A stretch of DNA of 64,000 nucleotides from Lama guanicoe (GCA_013239625.1 MU054323.1:10633186-10697185); one strand, 5' to 3'. Counted from the stretch's first letter, positions 26,000-39,500 are shown. Notes: a model not told the origin generated them from the sequence alone. A program made the numbers and translations.

Positions 26000-26135
26000 A
26001 GAGCTAGAAATATTAGAGTGACAATCTAGTCTAAGACCTTTACATTACAGATGAGGACCCTACAGCCCAGAGACGTAAAGTGTCATCCCTTATGGCAGAG
26101 CTGGGATGAGAGCCCAGGTCCCTCTCCCTCCAACT
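26000..26135 (-). mobile_element. MIR SINE
   Basis: atctagtctaagacctttacattacagatgaggaccctacagcccagaga...ggcagagctgggatgagagcccagg. Confidence 0.7.
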
Positions 26136-27019
26136 CTTGTCTTCCTTCCTTTCTTATTCCCCATGCTCTTGGGCAGGGTTGTTAAGAGTCAGTTAAGGTG
26201 GGTCATAATCTTCATCACAACCATAATCCATCCCCTCCCAGTGATGGCCTCCCATAGGAAGCAGAGGCAACACCGTGGAAGAGGCTTACCCTGATGGGGA
26301 GGCAAGAAATACTTCACCAGACACCCTAAAGGCATGCCAACTCATTAAGGAAAGTCTCTTTGGAGCTCAAGTTCCAGCTTCTAGACTGGCATCAGAATTT
26401 TATTAGGATGAAAGAATCACAAGTCACATCTTGTTGAAGGGTCAAGATCCAAGGCCTAGTGACCTCATTGCTCAGGAAATGTAGGATACATTTCTGCAAG
26501 CAGAACCAGGGAACTAATGTGACCTCTCATGGTGAGTTCCAGAAGAGGGGAGGGATAAGAGGATACAAATACCCACAGTGACCTTAGCATGATGAAAAGT
26601 TGTGCTTAAATGAAAGGCATGACCACCCAGAACACTTCTGAAACATCTGAAGGGGCAAAAATTAAACTGAAGTAGGACATGTTGCTTACATGCTGCATTC
26701 GGTCCCTGGGCACATTCCTGAGCCTGATGCACATGTGGTTACCCTTTCTAACCCTTCAAGGATAAGCCAAGCAGAAAGAGGGTGGGGTGGGGTGTTCTGG
26801 ATTTGTGAGCTGACATGAACCGCTGATACCCTGTACCTTACTCAGGCAGGCAGGAATGCAACCTGCTTCTCCATCTGCTTGTCTATCTACGTCACCCCAG
26901 CCAGTACCACTGGCTTTTCTGGTTGTTGTGGTAGAAAATAGTTAACATTTTTCCCCCAAAAAAGTCCAAAATGATTCAGTAAGATGTAGCCTCAAATGAG
27001 AATTTTTAATCCCTTTGAA

Positions 27020-27420
27020 TTAAAGAATAAGGACATGTTTTATCTTATTATAAAAGTAGTACATGTTTATGGACTCAAATTTGGAAAATACCAAAAGAAA
27101 ATAAAAATCACTGATAACTGAATCATCTATAAATAACTGCTGCTACTATGTTGGTTTATTTCCTTATAGAATTCTTCCCTTATATACATAGTTTTCTTAT
27201 GTACATACACAGTTACAAAACAAGTTATATAACATATACTGTTTAACCTTTAAAAAATCTAATAATAGGCCTTGAATATTTTCCTGAATTATTAAATATT
27301 TTAAGATAGCATAAATGTAATGGCTGTATAATATTTAGCCATAATACATTTTATTTAACTAAATCCTCATTATTTGAGCATTTAAATGATTTCTACTTTT
27401 TCACCATCATAAACACCACC
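27020..27420 (-). mobile_element. L1ME 3' fragment
   Basis: ttattataaaagtagtacatgtttat...aatttggaaaatacc...taatggctgtataatattt...ttctactttttcaccatcataaac. Confidence 0.7.
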
Positions 27421-27847
27421 CCCAAGACAGTTTTTTAGATAAGCCAGTAGAAAATACTTGGCTGCAACCCTGTTCCTCAGATCTGTCAGGTAGTCTATAG
27501 AGAAAAGTATCTTGGTTTTGCGGGGCAAGTTGGTATGTTAATAGCACTTAGGCAAGAAGTGATTTCTTTCTTCTCCTAACCATGCAGAGTCTGAGAAAAG
27601 AGACTAAATGGTCTCTGAAACTTAAGAGTCAGAAAGGCCACAAGAGCTAAACCAGCAAGGCTTTCTTGATGGAGGAGTGCCTGGCCAGCAAGCCCAGGTG
27701 ATGGGAGGTAAGCAGGCGTGGAGAAATCAGCCCAGCAGGCTTCTTAAAGGACTGGAAAGGGACAGAGACATCAATGACTCTGGGGCTGAGTGATGTGCCA
27801 TAGCAAGCCCGGAAGTCCAATCTCATTTATAGAGAACAGATGTCCTG

Positions 27848-28042
27848 CAGTAGTCTCCAAAGTGTGTTCATGGTTATATTTATTTTAATGTAAAGAAGTA
27901 AGAAAGAAAGTAAGTTTTACCAATAGTGTTATACAGTTAGAAACAAATACATGCATATAATTGATGAATATATACATAGCAGGGGTGCTCAGAAATATTT
28001 TACTGATCGGGCATACAATAAAATAAAGTTTAGAGACCACTG
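27848..28042. mobile_element. hAT-Charlie-type MITE
   Basis: Terminal inverted repeats cagtagtctccaaa / tttagagaccactg. Confidence 0.7.
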
Positions 28043-28342
28043 TCTTAAAACAGAAACTTCATAGTAGACAGAGTGAGCAGCATAGGAAGGGAGCTTCTGG
28101 GGGAACACTTCTCAAAGACAGTCCCAGTTTGAATCATCCCATTTGAAACAAGCAAAAAGAAACATTGTTCTGTCCCTGTGTGGGTGTGTGTCTGTGTCTG
28201 TTCGTCTGTCATTCCAATTACATTTTTATTCTGTTTAAATTTGCCTATCTTTCCTGATGGTTCTCCCAACTTCAACATCCTTCTAAAACCAAAGGTCTTT
28301 GCTAACGACTGCTTATAGATACAAAGTGAGGGGAGCAATTAT

Positions 28343-28526
28343 TGGCCACCAGAAGCTAGGAAAGAGGCATGGAATGGATTCTCCTGCAGAGCCTCCGTAG
28401 GTCGCAACCATGCCAACATTTTGATCTCAGACTGCTGGCTTCCAAAACTGGGAGAACATTAATTTCTGTTGTTTTAAGCCACCCAGTTTGTGTTCATTTG
28501 TTGCAGCAGCTACAAGAAACAAACAA
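28343..28526 (+). mobile_element. MLT1 LTR, 3' half
   Basis: ccaccagaagctaggaaagaggcatggaatggattctcc...ttctgttgttttaagccacccagtttgtg...gcagcagctacaagaaac. Confidence 0.85.
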
Positions 28527-29297
28527 GGGTACAACAGGAGTGGACCAAAAGGCTAAGTGACCTCATTCTGGCATCAGTACCCTTGCATCTATGGCAGCTT
28601 CACTAGGCATTTCAGAGCTCCAGGACAGTATTTCTCAACCTTTTTGAAAATTAAGCCATCTAGATAAACAGAAAAAGCTCAGTAGCAGGGTTCTGTGCAG
28701 GCAATCCAACAAAACCAAAACAAAACAAAGCAAAAACTTGAGAATCAATGCCCTGGAAGAGAATGAGTTGATACAGGAAGAATTGCAGCCTCTCCCAGCT
28801 GAGTCTACTCCTTTTCTTCTCGTGTATGCACATGAGTAAGGGGTTGGGAAGGGGCCCTGGGGAGAAGCTGCTAATTTGTTTCCCATTTTAAAGCTAGCGT
28901 TTAGTTTGAGATCAAAATCTTATCTTGCTGGATAAGAAAAATATGTTCCCTTGACTACATTCCAAAACACCGGAAGTAGTAGACATTAAACATGCCCCGG
29001 CACTCCTTAAAAAGTCATAGAATGCCTCAACCTGATGATTTCTCAAGATTTTATTAATTTAGAATACTGTGTTCCATCAAGATCATCACTTTTTATTATC
29101 TTGCTGCTCTGAATATTATCTCCCTTATTATTCTCAGCTATAGGGACCATAAATTAAGATCATTCAGAATTTATACTCCTACAGTTCATTATCTATGATT
29201 GGTATTATCTCACTGCCTTTCTCTGGCCCTTCTATATCCCCTGACAAGAAATATTGTAACAGAGTCTAAATACAATCCAACCAATAAATGTTGAGTC

Positions 29298-29332
<35 letters not shown>
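29298..29332 (+). repeat. Poly(A)-(GAAAA)n tract
   Basis: A14 followed by gaaaa repeats. Confidence 0.9.
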
Positions 29333-30519
29333 CCCTCTGCTGCCTACACTGCCCTAAAGGGCACTCCATCACTCACTCTTTTCTCCACCACCAGCATCCT
29401 TTCTGCCAAAATGACAGAGAAAGTGAGATTCTAAAGAGCTGAGAGTTAGGACTGGGGTGTAGGTTCTTGCTTTGCCGCTGTTCAGACTGGACATGTCATC
29501 TTCTCTCCCCTCACCTTCACCTCTTTCCCTGAAGATCAAGGGACATTAAGATGCATCAGCCTGCTTCATGAGGAGCAACCTTACTTCAGGGAACAAACAG
29601 GTAGTGATGTACTCAGTTGACTCAAAAAGCAATGAAAGTTATCACTGGAAGTTTTGAACACTTCTCAGTGATCTTCCAGAAGAGTCCCTAAAAAAGCTGG
29701 GAGGCTGGCCTCTTGTTTCTAAGACTGATCAAGTACAGATCCCTCTTTAGAGCCCAGGAGAAACAAACACAAGTATCTAACGATGGTGAGATTCCCCCAA
29801 GTCACGTGTGGATGTGTCTGTTCACTAAAGAGCTTGATAAAGTGAGCTGGCGCATCCATGGTGGCTTTTGTCATGGCGGTTCTCATCATCGTCCTCAGTG
29901 ATGTGAGATACCACCACTGGGAAGAGCAGTGATTTTCCAGGTAGATGGAAGTTGGCAACACTTACTAAAAAGTAGATATTGAAATCCTGGCTGATTGATT
30001 TAATGGGAAAACATTCACATTCATTGCATGTCCTGGCCCTTGGGACCCAGCTTTATAGAAACATAAAGGCTTCAATATATTTCCACACTCAAGACCACTG
30101 AGAAATGAGTATTTCTTCCTTCCTTCCTCTCCTTCTTTCCTTTTTTTTTTCTCACAGTACTCAATGTACCATGCAAATGCCAGAGATCATTACAGGATGG
30201 AGGAGGAGAAAGAGGTCAGAGAGTGGCAATACATAATCTATTCTCACTGCTTTAAATTTTGTTTAAAATTTTAAAAGCACTGATTTTCAAAGTTATAAAT
30301 TCTGACACCATAACATCTGTGGACAACTGCCACTTGTCCCTCTCTCCTGATCTCACTGAACTAACAACCCAATAGTTATCAAATTAAACAACAACAACAA
30401 CAACAACCTACACTGACCAAAAACACATGCACTGTCAGGACTGTTTCTAGAGGTTAGGAATTGGGATCCAGAGACATCCCTAGGGGTGGCTGAACAGGAG
30501 TAAGTGTGAAAGGGAATCC

Positions 30520-31460
30520 ACGTCAATAGTACAATAAACTCACTATACCTCAGAATCACCTGAGAAACTTATGCAAACATAAAATAAAAGAGTCCCACAG
30601 AAATTAGATGAGACACTGTATTTCATCCACCAGATAAACAAAAATGGCAAAGTCTGGCAATACTAGGTACCAATGAGGATTTAAAGTTCCAGGGAGAAAT
30701 ACTAATACATCAGCGGAGGGAGTATAACTTGGTGTGACCACTTTGGAAAATAGATTGGATTATCTACTGAAGTGGAAGCTGTACTTTGTACCCCAGAAAT
30801 TCCACACCAAGTTCTATGCTCTAGGGAAATTCTTGGACATGTCCATGCACCAAGAGGCATATACAAAAATGTGGACAGCAGTGTTGTTAGTAATAGCAAA
30901 AACCTGCAACAACCCAAATACCTAGGGACAGTAGAAGAGATAAATTGTGGTATTTTCATGCAATGGACTCAAAACCAAATGAACCACAGCTACATGCATA
31001 AAAATGGACAAATTATAAAAAAACAGCATTATTCCATTCATATAACAGGTTGCAAACCTAATCAATATGTTGCTTGAGGCTATATACACAAGTGGTTAGA
31101 ACATAAAGAAAAGCAAATGAATGATTAACACAAAGCGCAGGATAGTACCTCTGGGGGAAGAAAGAGATTCTTGATCTAGGTGGGGGACAGAAGAGGTTGT
31201 AAAGGGACTGACAACATTCAAATTCTTACACTTGGTGGTGCAAACACAAGCACTGATTTCATTGTAATCTTTAATACATGTATATACATTATACCTACTT
31301 TTTTGCACATGTTAGATTTTACAATAAATTTTGAAAATATACAGATTTCTAGGCTCCATCTCAGATCTACTGAAACAGAATCTTAGGCTATAGGACCCAA
31401 GTGGTATTTTTCATAAGTTCTCCAGAAGATTCAGATGCACTATGGGGTTAAGAGCCACTC
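30520..31460 (+). mobile_element. MER5-type hAT MITE split by an L1ME 3' insertion (~30600-31335)
   Basis: MER5 left part cagaatcacctgagaaactt and right part cagatttctaggctccatctcagatctactgaaacagaatct...taagagccact. Between them L1ME text: accactttggaaaatag, gtgttgttagtaatagcaaaaacctgcaacaacccaaat, attccattcatataa. Confidence 0.8.
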
Positions 31461-31464
31461 ACCT

Positions 31465-31488
31465 ACACACACACACACACACACACAC
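31465..31488 (+). repeat. (CA)n microsatellite
   Basis: acacacacacacacacacacacac. Confidence 0.95.
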
Positions 31489-31834
31489 CCTTCACATTAC
31501 ACATCAGTATCCAGGTGAAAGCAGCTTAAAATGTAAGTCAAGTTCAAGAAATTTCGAAAGAGCCATAAAAACATAAAAGGTCAGCCTGGGAGAGTGTATA
31601 GAAAAGAAAGTGCCTCAAAGTTCAGGGTTCGAAGCTAATGTAGAAGCCTAGAAGTGTTAGTTACTAGTCATTAGTCATTACCCCCATGAGTTTACTTGAG
31701 ACCTGTCTGTTAGATTCCCAAGAACATTTGCCTGAGAAAATCACCCTCAAAACTGGGCCCACAGCAGGCTCTCAGCAAAACTTTTGCTGCAAAGACAGAA
31801 ACGTTCTTGTCTAGGACTCATCGTGTCCAGGACT

Positions 31835-32010
31835 CATCATCTAGACCTGGACCCACAAACACAAGCTGCGTGATCTCTAGCAAGTCATTTCCCTCTCTGA
31901 GACCGAGCTTTTTCATTTTCCCTGCCTCCCTCACAAAACTGGAATCCAATGAGACAGTGTAGTTGGAAGGGTTTTGCAAAATGAAAGTACTACTCTGAAT
32001 GTACAGTAAG
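31835..32010 (+). mobile_element. MIR SINE
   Basis: agctgcgtgatctctagcaagtcatttccctctctgag. Confidence 0.65.
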
Positions 32011-32368
32011 TCCAGTACTATGTCACCTATCATTTCTTCTTAAAAGTTAGAAATGTAAACTAAAAATTTGGGGCGGGTAAGTTTTCTGGGTCCAAGGAAT
32101 TGGGAGCCCTAAGATTTGCCTTAGAGAGAACTGGAGGCAGGCAGTACTAGGGCTTAGTGCCTCCACATCTCTAAAAACTCAGCAAATATTTAACAAGCAC
32201 CCACCACTTATCTTGAGCCTATCTTTTTCAGCCTTGACAATTCAGAAAAGGATATTCAGAAACAGCTCAGAACTACTGGAAGCAACTTGCAAAATTAATA
32301 TGCAGTCTGAATATTCATTAATGGCTTTGAAACGAACATTTAACTCAGTCATATAATACCTTCTGAAT

Positions 32369-32559
32369 TAGGATTGCCAAATTTAGCAAATAAAAATGCA
32401 AGACACTCAATTATGTTTGAATGTTTGAGTATAATTGGAGTAATTTTGAGTATAAGTATGTCCCAACTATTGCATGAGACATACTTGTACTAAAAAAATC
32501 ATTTGTTCACTTGAAGCTCAAATTTAACTGGGTGTCCTGTGTTTTATTTGGTGATCCCA
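32369..32559. mobile_element. MER53 palindromic hAT MITE (full length)
   Basis: taggattgccaaatttagcaaataaaaatgcaagacac...agtataagtatgtccca / tgagacatacttgtact...aaatttaactgggtgtcctgtgttttatttggtgatccca. Flanks ttctgaat / ttccaaat (6/8). Confidence 0.9.
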
Positions 32560-32788
32560 TTCCAAATGAACAAACAGATCAGCATTTTCTTCTACTTCTT
32601 ACACTGGGAAATCTGTGTGAAAGAGAGCTATGAAGTCCTATTTTCTTACTTGATAAGACAGTAAAGGGTTGGATTGATATTGAAATTAGACTTGCATTCT
32701 CCTCTTCCTCGTAGAGCCCAAGAAGACATGTGGAGGCACAGTTATTATAAACAGCATAGAGCAGGGGTGGGGAAGCTTCAAAATTTCA

Positions 32789-33040
<252 letters not shown>

Positions 33041-33369
33041 TCAGTGGAGCAAACTGTCTCCCAAATGTGACCTTCCAGCCCAACTCCTCCATCCCAGGAA
33101 GTTGGCCTTTATCTCATCTACAACTTTTGCAGAAATCATCCTTGTGCCCAATCATGTCAAGTCTGTCCTACTTTTCAGATACACTCCCTTCTCTCTCCTC
33201 TGCCTTGCTCATTGTGTATTACCCAAAGTGGCTGAAGTGCTTTGTACCTAAGAGGCTCTCAGTGTTCACTGATGGATCAACAGAGTATGTGCCAAAACAC
33301 AAATAATTCATTTACCCTTTACTTCATCATCTCCCTTCAGTCCTGGGCATATGAGGAAAGAGAAAATGT

Positions 33370-33665
33370 GATATAAAGACCATTGTATAAGAATATAGGA
33401 AATTTGGTTGGTATCCAGGCTTAGCCAGTCTCTTCTCACATGTGGAATTTGGTGCCCTCATCTGTAAAATAAGAGGTTTAGGCTACATGGTTCTAGAAAC
33501 AATTACCCAAGGAAACCTGGGTTTTAGCTCCAACTCTGCCACTGATTTTCTGGTTACCTTGAACAAGCCACTTAGCCTCTCTGGACCTCAAGTTCCTCAA
33601 AAACAGAATGAAACCCAAACTAGATGTCTTCTAAAGCTTCTGCTTGATTTGATTCTTTTAAGATT
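33370..33665 (+). mobile_element. Two tandem MIR/MIR3 fragments
   Basis: cctcatctgtaaaataagagg; ggaaacctgggttttagctccaactctgccactga...accttgaacaagccacttagcctctctggacctcaagttcctc. Confidence 0.75.
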
Positions 33666-35259
33666 CCAAAGTCCTTGCTCTCAGAAGGGTTATTATTAAT
33701 TTGACAAACCAACCTGTGTAGTAGTGTTAATGGGTACTAACTCCCGATTATTACTGTGCATTTTAACAGCTATTCCTAGAGCCACTGCTACCTTGATCTC
33801 CAAGATGAGTTTCCTGCTGGGAATCTCAGAAGGCAGAGGAGAAGGAAGGTCAAGTCTAATGCAGGCAGTCAGTCACTGGAATGTCCCTTAGATACACCAT
33901 AGAAGCTGGCCCTGCCCTGGAGTGGGAGTAGAATAATTCCCATTGACAGTGGCCAAACTAAGTTCAGGGGGGAAGAAAAAAAATCCTTCAATTACACTTC
34001 TATTAAGTATCTTTCTGCTTCTCAACCAGCAGAGATTTATGTACCAGCTGCTTTCCAGGAGACGCCATCCTTCTGGTCCTAAGGTTAACACCACTCTCCC
34101 TTTCACGATTCAAACAATTCACCTTTATAATGTCAAGCTGAAATAGGCAGAGCTAGCCTTGTTCGAGTTGACATGTCACGTGCTGCCTACATATTTTATC
34201 ATCCATGAATACTTTCTACCTGCCTCTGGGGGCTGAGCTGCTGCTATGAGTTGGTGTCCATGAATTGTAGTCTGCCTTAATCTTTAAGACTTGCTTGCCA
34301 GGCACCTGGTTTTGTTAGCAGAATGCAAGCAGGAAAAAAAAAAAGTGATATGACATTTTGTACTTTGTAGCACAAAAATTATCCTTATAATGAAAAGTTT
34401 AGCCATTAAATCTGGCTCCTCTGAGGATAATCAAAAAGACCCATCCACACTAGTGAATGATCAAGTCAGAAGGTGGGAGAGAAAGCTACTGGCCACCTCC
34501 ATCCCACATGACAACCATCAGTGCCTTTTCCAAACCTTCGCCTTCTAAAGCCCGTCCTCAATCTCGACTTTTCTTCTCCAATTAAAGCCATCCTATTTCT
34601 ATTTGGGACAGAAGTGTGGCATGCCACTACCTGTCAAGTGTGCCCTGTGTGCATATCAGACAAACAGACAACAGAATATACAACCCCAGCATCAAATGTC
34701 ATCAATCCTTGGATTTTTGTACTGTGGAGAGTCTGATAATTGGCTATGTTTGGGTCAGACTCTGCCTAATAAAACAGGCTAGGGAGATATTCTTATTATC
34801 AAATGGGTTAATTTTGAAACTCTTGCTCTGAGGTAGCAGCTCTTTAGCTGCCAAAGCTGTACTCTTTGGCTTTAAATAAAATTGGAGTTAACATTACTGC
34901 TCATTTTGAGTGAAATCAAATTGGATTTTTCTACATTCTGATTTAATTTCTTATTGCATTTCGACACAGGTTTCTGTCTCCCGAGCTAGCCTCAGTGCCT
35001 TTCGAGCAACCATACCTGGGACTCATCTTCTCTAAAAACACCAGGTAAAGTCTCATTTTCCTTAGGTCTCTTCTGAGTTTCTAGACCTAGGGTGCTTCTT
35101 GGAGCTCTCTCTTTAACCCGCCTCTGACTCGGTCCCTGTGTGTTAGGTGCTGTGGAATCTCTCTTACTGACAGGACTCAGAGGGATTAAGGGCTTCACTG
35201 AAGCATTCAGCCTTAAGCAACCCAATAGCTGAGCAGGTCCACGCCTAAGAGGAAGAGTG

Positions 35260-35495
35260 GGAAATTCACTGACCCCCTATTGTCTGCCAGGGACTATGAT
35301 AGGAATTTTCTTATTACATCACTATATTTAATCTGCTGAACAAAGCTGAGAAGTGGATCGTGTCTTCTTTTTAAAGATGTGGAAACTGAGGCTCAGAAAG
35401 TTTACTGTACTTGCACAAAGACAAAAGGACTACCCTGAGGCAGAACCAGAATGTGACCCAGGGCTGAAGATCCAGGTTTTTTTCATCACATCTCC
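35260..35495 (-). mobile_element. MIR SINE
   Basis: aaagatgtggaaactgaggctcagaaagtt...acttgcacaaag. Confidence 0.75.
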
Positions 35496-35766
35496 ACAGC
35501 TTTTAATCTAGGGCCAACAGATTAAAGTAAATAATATATGAGAAACTTATGAAGTGCTCTATATTGGTTATTATTAGATGCTAAGTCTGCAACCTCTTCA
35601 TATCTGTGAAGGCCCCTCTTTTACCCTATGGGGACAGATCTGTATTACCTCTGTGTCAGTCCCATTTTACAAAGTGACTGTGACCGTCAGAAGAATCTAG
35701 AGATTTCCACCTTATTTTACATACCTGTTTGGACACAGGAGAATCTAACCATTGAAAAACAGCAAT

Positions 35767-35891
35767 AAGATACATATAACTGAATCACTATGCCGTACAC
35801 CAGAAACTAATACATTGTAATCAACTATACTTTGATTTAAAATAAATAAATGAAAGCTATTTTTAAAAAACACATACTAAAGAAAAAGAAA
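35767..35891 (+). mobile_element. Young, severely 5'-truncated L1 3' end (cetartiodactyl type)
   Basis: aactgaatcactatgccgtacaccagaaactaatacattgtaatcaactatact followed by an A-rich tail. Perfect 13-bp TSD gaaaaacagcaat (35754-35766, 35892-35904). Confidence 0.88.
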
Positions 35892-37469
35892 GAAAAACAG
35901 CAATGAAAAAAAGATACACTTTCTAAGACTTGCTAATGCCATAGCTGAAATCACTACCCACTTTCTAGCACTTCCATTATGGAAGAAATATAAAGTGATG
36001 TAATCTTCCAGAAACAGTTCTCCTGTTGAGAGGAGTGTCAAGTGCTGTGAAGGGAAAGGTCTTGGGAGAGCATTGAGGATGGTTCCAGGTCTGATCCTGC
36101 ACACAGCAGTTGAGGGGCCTAGGCGCATCCATTCCTCTTTCTGTGCCTGGTGTTTTGCAATTGAAGGACAGAAATGGATCATACACCCTCTATGGTGCCT
36201 CCACCTCTGAGGGTCAGTGATTCTACAGGACTCATCCTGGGCCAACACAACCAAACCTACAGACCGCCAGTTACCTCACTCTGCCTGCCTCTAAACAGGG
36301 GTTGGCTGTCACCTGTAAAGCAGATTCCCCACGGAAGGAGGCAGAATGTGCATCATACTCTAAGGAGACTCAGTTTGCCTCAAGATCGTCAAAGAATTAA
36401 GAAGGAGAGTTCAGGCAAGTTTTACAGACGACTGCTCCAGGGTGAGTATGAGTGTGAGTGTGTGTGTGTATTTGTGCATTTTTATCAGTTTATACCCATA
36501 TTCTGAAATCTTCCAGGATATGAGTCACATTTCAAACACTAAATTAACAGGTAGCTTCAAGACACTGTTCTAGTATAAAACACAGCCATTCAGAAAAATG
36601 TTACCATCAGAATGTACCTCATCAGAAAAACCCTGAGGTGGCCCTGCCCAAAGTGAGGCCTAGTTCCCCAGGCTGTAGTTTTAGCTTAAGCTGAAATGAC
36701 CAAACCCTTGGACACAGAATCTGAAGGTAGAAATCTAGGCTCTGGGAATGTGTGAGACTACCCAAGCAATCATGCCCAAGGCCTGTGCCTAGCAAGCCAG
36801 CCTTTGCTACTCAGGCAGAGGCGGGGATCTTCCCAGTCTGAGCCTCGGCAAGGAGACTGCATGAAGTTCCAGGCACCATACATAACACCACCAAAGGGTA
36901 AGAGAGAGACTTGGTGTACTTTGGACAGTCAGGCCTTCCTTTGGGTGGATGTAGAAAATCCAGCAGTCCTCCTTTGTATCTAGACTGACCTCAGGCTCCC
37001 CCCAAATCCCCTGGATCAAGGTCCTTTGTACATCCTTCACCCTGACCCTGTAAAGTCAGAGACCTCCCACTAGTTTCTTCAGTCTCCTTAAGACAATTCA
37101 AGTTAGGAGACCAGCAGCTTCCTTTAGATTTTAAGACACACCCTCTAAGGCTGGCTGGTTTCCAGGTGACCACAGGGTGGCAAGGGCCAGCCTGGGCAGG
37201 TCCATAGGAGCCCACTGGCTGATGTCACTCAGCCTTGGCCCAACACAAGGTTTGGAAACAAATACTGCAGAGTGTAGAGTCATAAAAAAAGAGAAGAACA
37301 CCATCAATCCCATGATGCTTCAGTCTTCATTTTGTCTCTTATTACAAGTGTTCCAGAAGTCAAGCTTGGGGTCAGACTTATGTTCTTGACTCTGGCAGCA
37401 CTCAAGTCAGGGTTTATAGAGGAGCCCCAAGGCAGGGGATCTCCATGAAAGCCTGTGGAAAGTACTTTT

Positions 37470-37645
37470 ATAACTGATAACATTTACTGAGGGCTTACTG
37501 TGGTCAGACACTATGCCAGGCACCCTGCATCATTATCTTATTGAGTCCCTATGAAGTAGGCAGGACTCTTACCCCCATTTAACAGAGGAAGACACTGGGG
37601 CTTAGAGAAAAGAAGTCACATCTCAGGTTACTCATCAGGACATGA
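37470..37645 (-). mobile_element. MIR SINE
   Basis: taacatttactgagggcttactgtggtcagacactatgccagg...cccccatttaacagaggaagacactggggcttagaga. Confidence 0.8.
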
Positions 37646-38589
37646 CTGATTTGGCTTCCACTGACCTGCTTCCTCCCTGGGACTCCCAAGGCCTTGATGT
37701 CATTATCTCACAAACAGGGAATTATGAATTGAAAAGGTAGCAGAAAGACCCCCCTTCATTTGGAGTCATAGACACTAACAGGAATCAAGACCTGCAGTGA
37801 GTCAAGACAGGAGCAAAAGCACCTTAGCTGTCCTTAAAGGTCCTCATCCCACCTTTACACAGTTGGACCTGGGATGCCCTAGGTGAGGACTGAGTCAGTG
37901 TACACATTCCCAAGATCCAAGTCTTAATCCTAGTGGGCATGTGCCTCAGGAAGCAAGGATACAGGTACACTAAAGTCTGGGGCTCAAAGTTTGCAACTAC
38001 GGTTCCTGACATCCTCTGTTTCTTGGGTAGAGCTAAGGGTCCCAGTTAAGGGAACTAAGATTGGGGTGGGCAAGGTTCCTATAGCCAACAGAGGCCCATG
38101 AGTTTATTTAACTGTATATTCTGTCCTGGGAGCTGCATCTGAAAAGAGAATTATCAGTTTTGCTACTAGTTTAAGCATGGCAGCATGTTTGTTATTTTGT
38201 CTTGGGGTTATTTCCCTATATCTATTTATCTTGACCCAATATTTAACTGCTGGGATGCAGATAGCCTGACGCCAGGGCCTGATACTCCTTAACTGCTGAA
38301 TGGTGGTCTCCACGGTCCCACCCATCTCTGCAGTCTTCTCCTATATGTGTCTGCCTATATGTCTTATTCATTAAGCAACCTTAACACCATCAAAATTGTT
38401 TCTCAGAGATAGAGAATAAGACCTGAGATTTGACTCCTGCCACTTGTCAGCTGTGCAGTGAGGTGCACTCTCTCCAGCTCTCTGAGTCTTTGTCATCTCA
38501 GTGATAAGGTTAACCTTGTTGAAGCTCCCTGCTCAATCTTTGCTTTTTGACATGTTGACCAAGTCTTCCTTCGGAAGTGAAGTCATGCT

Positions 38590-38745
38590 AGGCCTTGAGT
38601 AAGAAGATCTAGGTTCTAGTCCTGGCTCTGAGGTGTTACTTCAAGCAAGCCCCTTAATCTCTCTAGGTCTAAGTTTCCTCATCTATAAATTAAGTGGCAG
38701 AATAAAATGTTCTCAGATCTCTTCCATCTCTACCATTCTAAGACT
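38590..38745 (+). mobile_element. MIR3 SINE
   Basis: gatctaggttctagtcctggctctg...tctctctaggtctaagtttcctcatctataaa. Confidence 0.75.
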
Positions 38746-39339
38746 AGTTTCCCCTTTGGACAGATGGCTGAAACAAGCTAACTTGGCTCTAGCCAGGTGG
38801 TCATCAGAATCCCAAGAGTCCTAACTTGCAGCATAGACTCAGATGATTAGAGACGTCTATTCCCCCTTTCTGGGTTATCTCCAAAAGGAGCATTTAGCTC
38901 ACCAGTCACCTTTGATATTAATCCACCAGCTGCCATGAACATCTGGTCACATACTTTATAAGACCTGCCCCCTCCCACCAGCCTGCCCTCTGTCACAGCC
39001 ACTATTCATTTGTCATAGGGCCCCAGAACTGAAATCATTTACTTCCCACCAGCTTTCCCCCTCAAATGCATCTGGGAAGCAATCACCCAACTCAAGATAT
39101 CTGTTTAGCTCACTTATAATCAAGCTGCAGCAAAGAAGGGCCAAGTCTCTTTCAATCAATCAATTATACAAACATAGCATCGGAAGAAGTCTCAGAAGAG
39201 GGTGTGTGCACCTGCATGCCCACAATGGTGGGATATCAGAACAGAAAACTCAATTCTCATTTCTCTTATCTGTGGCTATAACAATATTACATATTGAAGA
39301 AATGAGACATTGCTCTTCATCCCAGTACAGAAAATTGAA

Positions 39340-39500
39340 AATAATTAAAATTCTGAAGTTAACAGCCTCCTCATTTTACAGATGGAAAAAATGAGGCTCA
39401 GAAAGATGAAGTGACTTGGCCAAAGTGGCAGAAGGTAGAGTCTGGAAAAGAAGGAAAGCTAAAACCAAAATCCAGACTGGACTTCCAGTCCAGTTTTCTG
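39340..39500 (-). mobile_element. MIR SINE
   Basis: cctcattttacagatggaaaaaatgaggctcagaaagatgaagtgacttggccaa. Confidence 0.8.

Noticed and set aside
36298..36441. Possible plus-strand 144-nt exon (ctctaaacag|...agg|gtgagt)
   Set aside because: Good donor but a mediocre acceptor, unrecognisable translation and no partner exons. Unsupported without RNA data.
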